Shown here one piece after another: positions 53,549 to 64,000 of a DNA stretch of 64,000 bases. Location of the stretch: positions 30,814,001-30,878,000 of the forward strand of contig OZ024743.1 of the NCBI GenBank assembly GCA_964016885.1, written 5' to 3'. Origin of the DNA: Eledone cirrhosa. Taxonomy: Eukaryota. Position 1 is the stretch's first letter, and the number at the start of each line of letters is the position of its first letter. The translations under genes were made by a program, and so were the position numbers. The notes beneath the pieces were generated by a model. That model was given only the letters and a program-made list of their open reading frames with translations, had not been told where the DNA came from and made no database searches.

Positions 53549-55385
53549 ATATATATACATATGGGAGAGATGACCCATTAGACTTTCTCAAGGCAGAATT
53601 CTAGGAGAAGGAACACTCTGATATAACACCTGCAACCCTTATGGTATCCAATGATGTTGACTTGTTCTTCTTTTTGGTAAATATCATCTTGGTTAAGAGA
53701 GTGGGACTGGCTTTGTGCAGTGCCTTTGCTCACTATAAAAGCTTCACGGCACAGGCATTGCTTTATATCTGGAGATCCATGGTACCATGGGCCCAGCACT
53801 ATGTGTCAATAATTGTCACAAGTGTAGTGTTTGTAGCAGAGTTTTCAAGTCGCTGGCTGGACTAAAAAGTCACACTCGTTCAGCGCATCGGTAGGGGTTC
53901 TCCTACATGGTTATAAAGTAGTGGCCGTACTCGAAAACGAGTTGGCAGCCACCATATATAAATATGTGTGTAAGGGTATGTATGAATGCATGAACAATTG
54001 TATTATTCTCAATGCTTTCTATTCTTCTGTTCTATATAAAACCCTGACGTAACTCTCTATATAAGGGTGAAAATGGAATATTTATAAAAGTAGCAATAAT
54101 TTAAAACTTAATTACACTTCAAGATACACACTGGATATTTTCAGGAATTTATAGATAAGCAATTCTATATCCGCTGTCATACTTCACATGATGATATACT
54201 ACCTATAAGTATGTTGTAACTATAGGCTGTAAAGTATTTGTCAGTGTATTTATAAACGTTTTATAAATATTTCATATTTTTCTCAGAATGTATCAGTCAA
54301 TTGTAGCGTTACACTCTTCTTTTGTCTAGCCCAACATGTAACGTAATGCCTTTGCTTATAATGGTGTTTCTCGATATAACGCACACCAGTCACGCCTCTG
54401 TATGTAGAAACCACACAATTAAGTAACGCAAATAATGTTTAATATGTAAAATGAAGAGTGTTTCAACACAAAACATATATAAGTATATGGAAGGAGATAA
54501 ATGAATAATAATAGGCAGCATATATCTAAAATTCTCAATGGATATGTACCATTTATATTTGTATGAAAATAAATAGATTTTAATTCTTTTGTTAACTACT
54601 GATTTAATGAAAATGATCAAAATAATAAGCACTTATACTCGTTTGCTTATAACGTATGAAGCTTTATAAGTATGAGGAGTAAAACATGACATTTATATTT
54701 TGATACGTAATCAGAATTTGTTCACTATTTCACGCATATTTTCAGGAAAGGCACGACTGATAGAATTCCATTATTCTCTGCAGTTGTTGTCAATAAATTT
54801 GTGAAATAATTGAACTACTTTATTGTATATTTTATAATGTGTCTTGTAATATCTGTTCCAATAGTGGTTTGAATTTCATTAATAATATTTGAAATATTTC
54901 AGTATTTATATACACTTAATTGATATGCTATATGTCACACAATATCTAAAAGTAATGTTTTGAAGAGAAACAGGTCAATACAATCCAAAAAAAAAAATGG
55001 TTTTCAATTTTACTAAGAGCAGAAAGAAAATATAGTTATACGTAGAGTATATTTATTGTTTACAACATGTCGCATTTATTGATTTTCGCATACTCAAGAA
55101 TTATTTTGAAGAATCATTGGTATATCCAAACACCGTTCTATTCAAGAAAACAATGATGCCGTTGCTGAATAAAACCAAGTATGAAGAATTTAAACTGTGA
55201 TGTTTAAATTGTAAATGTTGAAATTTCATTTTAAATATAAGAAAAAATAAAACAACTTTAAAATATTAAACATTGAATTAGCATTTTCTATTCATCACAA
55301 CATAATTATTTTATTTGATTCTCAATTTTCAGTGTTAATTATATTAACGATATTTTAAACATGAGACAGCTTCATAATTCATGAA

Positions 55386-56290
55386 TTCTTCTTCTTCTTC
55401 TTCTTCTTCTTCTTCTTCTTCTTCTTCTTCTTCTTCTTCTTCTTCTTCTTCTTCTTCTTCTTCGTTTGGGTGGAAGGTCAGTGGACAGATTCTTCAGACA
55501 AGATGTCCAATTGGTTATATGGGAAGAAAGACTTTCCATATGAACCGGCTAGATAAGTAATGGAGACCAGCCAGGCTCATGGATGTTATCCAACCATCTA
55601 TTTCTGGGCTGCAAGCCGGTTGGCTTTACACGTAAATTCTGCCCAGCCTTTCCTTAGACATTATAACCACGCGTCTATGGCCGTAGTAACGCAGCGGTGA
55701 TCTCTATATTCCTAGGTGTAGTAACTCTACTTTGAATGAATTCCAAGTAAAGCTACCCCAAATACCTTTCATCGGAAGAACCTTCGTACGACCGTTTGAA
55801 CTCACGCACATATTATTTCGATCATTACCCAAAATTGATGTCCATGAACATCGACCTGAAGATAGCAATTTTAGCTTGTATTCCAACCACCCTTCTTCTG
55901 CATTTAATTTGGAATGCTGTCTTCTATCACCCGTGAAAATTGTCCCTTGATATTTAAAATTCCCCACCTGCGTCAATGGAAGTCCATACAGACGAAGTGT
56001 GCACTGCGTCGGAGTTCTTGAGAGGATGACTAACTAAGTCTAGCCAGAACTCATTTTCCCTTTTGCCTCTCGGCAGTAACTCTACCCAAAGCGGGTTGGA
56101 GATCATGGCTCGACGAGTAAAGTTGTAACTTAACTTTGATAGGTTTCGGCCAGTATTCACCTAGGCCATGTCTAACTTAATAGCACCACGTGTTCCCATA
56201 TCTTCTCTAAATTCCTGCAGATGAATGATACCCCACCGTCTTTGATACCACTCACAACCTGGCAGCGTAGATAACATTATATTTAATACA
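55386..56290 (-). mobile_element. RTE-type LINE 3' fragment with (GAA)n tail
   Basis: QVGNFKYQGTIFTGD motif; (TTC)n at 55386-55463; shares gctcatggatgttatccaaccatct with 60517. Confidence 0.7.
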
Positions 56291-56292
56291 TA

Positions 56293-56505
56293 AGGGTTTG
56301 ACAGTATCGGTAGAACGTCTGTCAACATACTTCGCAGCATATAGTTACGGCCCTTCACGTACTGATTTCATATCACACAGAAGTCAGCTTTGCCTTTCAC
56401 CTTATGGGTTCGACAGAATAAAACAAAAGTTTTACACTACAGTCGATTTAATTGAATTGCCACTTCCCCAAAATTGCTGACCTTGTGCCTAAATCAGTAA
56501 CCATT
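56293..56505 (+). mobile_element. Degenerate SINE
   Basis: cagtatcggtag...ctttgcctttca...ccttgtgcctaaa. Confidence 0.7.
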
Positions 56506-59500
56506 GTATTTGATGCATAAACACAAGAGTTAAATTTACTGGCAGATACTTTAATTTTTGTTATCTCAAGGGTGGATCAGTTGAACGAATCAGATGAATG
56601 CTAATATATTATACATTTAACGTTAATACACCTTCAAATGAAATCGGGATTTTAAACAGGTAAACCTATTTTCCTGTATAATTGAAACGTGTAATAAAAC
56701 TATAATAGAAATTAAATTATTTGAGTCACATTTTCAATGAGAGACAGCAGAAATAATTCTATTTTATATTGCAGCTATTTATTCATGGAGAATATTTAAT
56801 TCGTGTATCGTAAATAGTAACGGTATACAATCGTGAAAATATCATGTTATTAAAAAATTAGGCTTTTAAACATTAATGTTAAACCACATATTTCAAACAA
56901 GAATAACATATATTGATTCAAATAATAACACACTATAACCTACATAGTAGATTTCTCCTGCAAGTTGCGGCATGGCTTTTAATTCATCGTCGTCAATGAC
57001 CTTCACTAGATTCAAGAGTGAATTCTTCACAAGAGCATGTTTTAAACCAACGTATATATATATATATATGCAAATATTAAACTTTACTTGGCTTCAATGT
57101 TCTTGATGCTTCTAGGTGTTTGTATCAAAATGGTGAGTGAGTTTACCAACGGTTTTGAAAGATGTGAAAATTGACAAGGAATCCAATGTATATTAAAAAT
57201 AGATTACATGGATAGAAACGTGTACAATACATTCCAAAATGATACATAAATTTACACATCTTGCGTGAATACTTTTTCTTAAAATGTATTGAAACCAATA
57301 GAAACGTAAAATCTATATTACAGTCTGAACAGTTTAATAACAAGCACTGGAGATGGTTTTAGTGTGCCGCAAATATAGTCAACATCAACGTACATAAAAA
57401 GTTTGCGTTATACAGTAGCGTTGTATGTTGCGTGTATATTGTCTGTTGGGAGTTTCTATTTCCACGGAGATATAAATATTATCCTACTTCAGAATATTTG
57501 TTAATGAATTTCATACATTATGTTTTATTAAAGAGAACCTAAGATAGTAATGGTAAGATCAATTATGAAGGTGTGAAGGCTAATATATTTTGCTCTTCTA
57601 ACCATATATCTTCCAGGATGAATATTAACTGATATAATTAGGGCTTAAAATACTGTCTAACAGTAAAATACCATGCTTTATGTAAATTAATAAGAAACTT
57701 GAATTTTTGTTTTCCTATATTCAACCCCCCAGTTAGAGTGTGATAGAACATGTGTCTGTAATTCTTTAGATATGCAGTTACAATTATATATATAAAATAG
57801 AATTCTACTATACATTTGAATGATTACTTAGGAAATGAGAGGCGGCTGTTTTTCTGCAAGTCCCTCTCTCGTGTTCCTTGGTCTATAAAAATTCCTTTTT
57901 GTCTGCAGGTCGATTCATGAACATGATAATATTTTGATGATATATCTGTGGTTTTCTAAATATGAGGTTCAATTCATAACACATTTAACCCTGCATTGTA
58001 AGATATAGTATATTCTTCCCTCAATAATTTACACTCGTCAATTTAGAGACGTACTGGAAGAATGACCGGTGATGCTTAGGTGAAAACGTACCTATAAATG
58101 ACCCAGAATGTTTTCTTTATCAGAGAAAATATAATTTATCAGTATGCATGTGTGACTTTGTATGAAAATGTATTTTTATCCCAAGAAATTAAATTGTTTT
58201 TCGACATATTTTTCGGCCTCTACTGCTTAAATTCAGTACACACTTAAATTCAGACATAAATTTGGTAAATGGCACAAATTTATCTCATACATGTTACGGA
58301 AAGAGGGAAAAGCGAATAGAAAAACAATTGTAATTCATTTGAAATTATTATTGAACATAACAAATCATTTCTCACATAAGATTTTTGATTCTTAAATTAT
58401 TTTAAAACATAAATAGAAACAGAAGTGACGAGATTTACATTACACATTCACAAATCATAGTTATATGACAGCGGAGGTCCCTTAAAAAAATGCACACGTG
58501 TAAATATTGGCACTGGTCATGTAAAATATACAAAGATAAGATAATCATATAAAGAATTGTGGTAACTCTCAGCTAATATGATATTACATTGTGCTTATCA
58601 TGAACTTAAACATTTTGAACAAAATTATGACAGTAACTCAGGTTGCATAATGTTTCTTGTTTTTTAAGTAGATGAATAAATAAGCAGTTTTAAGAAGCTG
58701 ACAACGTTTTAGCATCTATTCATCCTTTTGCGGCTCAAAGAATAGGTAGAACTTCAAAAGAAATGATGTTACGAGTGTAGGAAACGTCTACAGAGGTTTT
58801 ATTGGTGGAAGTATCATAATTGAAAATAATTAAAAAGCAATTTAAATATTAGAGAAATGTAACTTTAAATAGATATGCAATTTCAAATGCTATGTAAATG
58901 CAGATCAGATGCAAATTTTAACATTGGGAATTCCCTGTGGGATACCAGACTATATCAATATCTAAACAAAGCTTAAAATTGAAGTTAGCTGAAAGAATAC
59001 GAGATAAATGCGAGAGAAAAAGGAGACGTAGAAAGAAATCGGATATTTTTTAGTTGAGAAAATTAAGATATCGTAATATTTTTGAACGGAGATTAATATT
59101 GAGAAAAGTTAAAATAAGTAACAGCAGATTTTGAATTGTATCAGACGTGAGAATGCAGAAATATGTGTGTGTGGGGGTGGGGGGTACAACTATGTAACGC
59201 TTCTCTGTGAATCGCTTGATGGCTTTCATCATACTGAAATTGACTGAATATGTACCAGCTTATATCCACTTCCCTATGTCAAAATTAATAAAAAATAAAA
59301 TTCTACTTCAAACAGAATTTGGATTAATGTAATATCAAATAGAATCCCGAACTTGTATACAGCATTGAGTGTCTGTTTTACTTACAATATATGTCTAAAG
59401 ATTAACATATCATGCAGAACGGCAGTGACCTGGAAACTGAAAAAAAAGTAATAGGAAATGTATGGAAGATAGAAATCAAGAAATGCAAAAAGAATTGGCG

Positions 59501-60141
59501 ATTGAGTGAAAGTTTCAAACGATATTATTATGAGAGAACAAACTTGAGAAACTATGGGGACTTCAGCGTTAAAGAATTAAACCTTTTATTTCAGCAACGT
59601 TGTGGTAACGACGAATACGCGATAATTATATGGAAACTAGAGAAACGTTTGAATTGACTTAAAAACATTCAATCTTCGTGAAATACGGAGTAGGCAATCT
59701 TGCAAAAGATATAATTGTGTAATATTCTCTTTTGCTCTGTAGATCATTATTCTAATTAGCAAGGTTCGTAGTGTAAATTTTAAAATATTTAATACAGTAG
59801 ACAAAACCACTGCACTAAACTACTTCACTCACAACAAAAATAACCTAGCTATTAGAATTCTGAAAGATCGGTTTACGGAAAGGAAATTAAATGCCGATGA
59901 AATTATCAAAAACTGCAAAATGCTGTAGTCGTGTAAAATGTTCAAAGAAAATAGTTATTAGAATAAATAGCTCTCTAAATAAATGCGAATATGTCATTGT
60001 TATTTTTTAATGTTGGTCATAATCACGACAATTCTATTTACCTAGTTACATAATCTCACGACCTATGCGTACTTCTACCTATTGACCTATCTGTTGATAT
60101 ACATACAAATCGACCAAGCTGTTATATCAATGTTGACTACG

Positions 60142-60142
<1 letters not shown>

Positions 60143-60172
<30 letters not shown>

Positions 60173-61900
60173 CTTCTTCTTCTTCTTCTTCTTCTTCTTC
60201 AGAGGTTCGTGGGGGGAAGAATCGTCAAATACTCCCTCCAGCGGATCCCATCAGAAGCAACCATCTCCAACTGATCCGGCTGGATCCCCAAACCATTTCA
60301 CACCCGCCAATCTTGACACCACATCAAACACGGCTGCGCATGTCAATCCTGTTCATGTAAATAATGAACAGGAAAGGTAACAGTACGCAGCCCTCTTCAC
60401 CCACTTATTCCTGAGAGTGTATGGGATCAGATTTCTGAAACACTTCTAGCAGCGGATCATATCAGAAGCAACCGTTTTCAACTTATCCGAGTGGTTCCGT
60501 AAGCGAGACCAGCTGAGCTCATGGATGTTATCCAACCATCTTGATTGGGATCTACACTGAGTCTGCTGCCGATTGGTTTCCGCCCATAAAATCCACACAG
60601 CAATTATTTTCTGGAACAATCTAATTACATGCTCACAGTATCAGAGATGTGATGTCTCAATTCAGAGAACTGGCTCTAACTGGAGTGCCTCACTAATCTC
60701 CGAGCTACGCAGTCTATAAAGTCACATTACTCCTGGGGCTTTCGAAAGAACCCCATTTCGGCTGCTTGTAATCGCGATCATACTTTCGGTAATTACCGCT
60801 CTATAATTAGAGTAATATCCCTTGTCTCTCTTTTTGAAAATTTGGGATTAGCATTTCAAATTGCCATTGTGTAGATGCATTTCCAGAGATCCAGGGCGCT
60901 CAGTACACACGACTTAGCCGGAGAATACCTTCTCTCTATATGGCTATTAATATCACGACCCGAATTTCATCCTCCTTAGTGGCATTGTCACACTTGAGCT
61001 TTTTGATTGCTATAGTGACCTCAGCCTGACAGAGATTAGTCGCTGCTCACAGATGCACCTCGTATGCATAAAACGATGCTATTATGATCAGGTTTAGGAG
61101 GGCGGCAAAGTATTATCTCCACCTCACTAGGATACATCTCTCTGAAGATAGGAGGACACCAGACGGTTTCCAGAGAGTAGGTATAGAGGAGCACTTCTTA
61201 TTACAAAGTCGGTGGATGATCTGCCAGAAAACTTGATTTGTTGATCTGAAGCTGTATTTCAGCTTAACCAGAAGGTCCCCTCATGTTTTAACTTTGGACA
61301 CCGTTAAAATCTCTGCTGTGATCCTACAGGCCTGCTTGTATATTAAGTGCAAGAAGGAGGACCTGTTCCCAAGAAAGGTTTGGTTGCCCAAGTCTTTGCT
61401 CGGATAGTAACTTCGATCTCTTCATTGAACCTAAAGGTCCGCCTACCATTTGACGCTACATCAAGCTCCATTCACACAATTGAACATTAGCAGTTTTGCT
61501 TCACACATGTTTAACCTGCTCAGTTTGCTCAGGGAGTTCTCTGAATTTGGATGCAATAGTATCTGCATACCTGGTCCTGAATTTCTTACTCAGCAGCACT
61601 TTTCACTTTATAGTGTAGGCTGACCTGGACCTGCCATTTTCTGGGCTTCTTTGGCTTTATTTAGTGGAGTTTACGTCGACGTTCCAAATCTACAGCACCA
61701 GTACTACAGAAATATATTGGGAAACCCCAAACATATCTAGCTGGTAACATCTAGCCTTCTTTACTAGTTCTTTCTCCTTATATGTAAAGGTTGTGTTGTT
61801 TAATGTTCCAATTTTCATGATTTTCTTCCTTCCAAGCCCACTGTCATGCCACGGGATAGACAAACGCTGTGCGTCCATCAAATACCTCTCAGAACAGGTC
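60143..61900 (-). mobile_element. Internally deleted RTE-type LINE with (GAA)n tail
   Basis: APE N-terminus KIGTLN..KEKELV..YQLDMFGVS (61690-61881); AIKKLK..DEIR near 60960-61010; (TTC)n at 60143-60200. Confidence 0.72.
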
Positions 61901-62044
61901 GCTGACTATCGCCAGTGTTTACAACATGAAATGGAGAGTGCAATATATTTTTCGAACACACTCCTCCACATAAGACTGTAACGAGTCCCCTGGTAAACCG
62001 TGCAAAGTTTGATGCGGTATGGTTTATTTTCTTAGCCCTCGCAA

Positions 62045-62420
62045 CAATGGTTTCTTATATAGGCACAAGGCCAACGATTTTGAGGGAGGTTAAAGTCGAT
62101 TAAATCGACGCCAGTGCGTGACTGGTACTTTATTATATAGACACCGTAAGGATTAAAGTCAAAGTTAATCTCGGCGGAATTTGAACTCAGACTGTAAAGG
62201 ACCGTAACTCTGTGCTACAAAGCATGGTACCCGACCTTGTACCGATACTGCCAATCCACCACCCTCACAATAATTGTTCTTACTTTTGGCACAAGGCCAG
62301 CAATTACCCAGTGCATTACTGGTACTTCATTGTATCGACCCCGTAAGGATTAAAGGCAAAGTTAACCTTGGCGGGATTTGAACTCAGAATGGCAAGGGCC
62401 GTAACTGAGTTCAAATCCCA
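62045..62420 (-). mobile_element. Two tandem SINEs
   Basis: Copies at 62045-62261 and 62272-62420, bracketed by ccctc(a/g)caa(t/c)aat at 62036, 62262 and 62421. Confidence 0.85.
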
Positions 62421-62639
62421 CCCTCACAATAATGCAATTGTGTTTGTCTTATTCGCGCCATTTATCAATATTGTACTTCTCAAGTCAGCGAATACTAGGT
62501 TGTTATAGTTGCGGGTTCCTGAATCACACCAAGCAACAAACCATCATATCCGGTGGCCTTATCTCTCTTCTCCAACTGCGACCCGTTCTCTAGCAGAACA
62601 TCTCAGCTGAAAATCGGGTAATCAGATTGTTAATATTCA

Positions 62640-62800
62640 TCTATCTGTTGATCTATCTATGGATATATATCTTGATCAATCGATCGATGTATCTGTTGAT
62701 ACATCTATCGATTTATTTGTCGACTTATATATCGATGTCATTGTTTATCCATATCTTGATATATCTGTTGATATATCTACGGAATTTGTTGATCCATCTA
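62640..62800. repeat. Degenerate 12-bp GATA-like minisatellite
   Basis: Repeated gatntatctgtt units. Confidence 0.65.
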
Positions 62801-63394
62801 ACTCATCCACCCTATCGTATCTAGAGGATGTGATTCTGAAAGAATGGATTTAATAATTCCTTTCTTCTCTATATTCCTTTTAACGAATGGTGATTTTACA
62901 AAAAGGAATGTACAAAATAAATAATATTATGAAACAAAAAACAAAGTAATTGAAAAATGCAGTAATTGTGTATATTGCTATACACATTTCTATCTGTTTA
63001 ACCCATATTTCCTATCTTAACATTCCAATCCAATCTCATTTACACATAGCTATTCTATCTACCACTAGCTATTTTATGTATCCTTCATTAACATTTCTAC
63101 CCTTAGATTACTCATTTATTTAACTATCTTGCCTATATGTCTAGTCAACGTATTAAGCACACTTTCGCAATTAGACTATTGTATATGTGTTTACAAATAC
63201 AAATATATTTATGAATGATTACTTGGTTACATTAACATTTTGGGAGAAGAATTACATATATCACTGGATATTTCATATGGACTGCATACAATATCTAAAA
63301 GCAGGGCGCCTTTGACAACATCTAACGTTTATATTACACTACTAGTAATTATATCCGACTCGGCCTCCAACCGTTTCCTCTCACCACAGTGTCG

Positions 63395-63850
63395 CCCACC
63401 TGCCATGCCATGCTGCCGTCAACGAAGTCATAAAGCATGGCTTGGATGCTGCAGCCTTCCCCTCCCAGCTCGAGCCGGTGGGGCTGGATCGAGAGGACGG
63501 CAAAAGGCCAGACGGTATGACCATCTTCCAGTTCCGCTGTGGCAAACGCCTCGTCTGGGATGCCACTTGCAGGAACACTTTCTCTTGCCGAAACCTGGTG
63601 CAGCTTGCCACATACTGAGGTTCTGATGCACGTCAGGCTGAGGAGGCCAATCTCTCCAAGTACCAGTCGCTATCCGACAGGTTCGCGGTCGTGGAGTCTT
63701 CTGGTGTCCTTGACCCTCGGGCTACCTCACTACGCGCCACCATAGGCGCTGAGTTGGTCAGCCGCAGGTGTGAGCCTCGCGAGTTGGAATGGCTCTTCCA
63801 GCGCATATCCATTACCATTATCCGGGGAAATTCATTCTCCATTCTGTCCG
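63395..63850 (+). mobile_element. CRE-clade non-LTR retrotransposon 3' fragment (restriction-like endonuclease)
   Basis: My translation: HAAVNEVIKHGL..LEPVGLDREDGKRPDGMTIF..GKRLVWDATCRNTF ... FQRISITIIRGNSFSIL. Confidence 0.85.
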
Positions 63851-64000
63851 ACGGGGAGGTGGAGATGCCAGCACATGGGACCCAATTTTCTCACCATACG
63901 AAGAGATGGGGAGGGCGAAGAAAGATTCATGTTTACTTAGATTACTATTTTCTATTATATACACACACACATACACACATACACACACACACACACACAT

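Noticed and set aside
53570-53950. GC-richer block with short ORFs
   Set aside because: Probably a LINE 5' fragment, but I found no diagnostic motif.

Overview
AT-rich, microsatellite-rich animal DNA. The abundant ~200-bp SINE resembles octopus/cephalopod tRNA-derived SINEs as I recall them, so the source is probably an octopod (inference). I could not support any host protein-coding gene. The window is mostly decayed transposons: two Helitrons, six Penelope-like elements (PLEs; RT plus C-terminal GIY-YIG), fragments of CR1/L2-, RTE- and CRE-type LINEs, and about ten SINEs. The main hidden signal is non-coding. Reading both strands I count about 23 hammerhead ribozyme (HHR) motifs (CUGAnGA...GAAA-palindrome-UH), intact or decayed, nearly all in modules bounded by (TA)n tracts. 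Three modules are ORF-less, longer-than-unit repeats of 689, ~425 and 482 bp monomers with one HHR per monomer, some arranged as fold-backs. This is the footprint expected of PLE-mobilised retrozyme-type circular RNAs. One PLE family carries a non-canonical HHR core (U3-A8 swap plus C13). All folds and alignments were made by eye; coordinates are approximate to a few bases.
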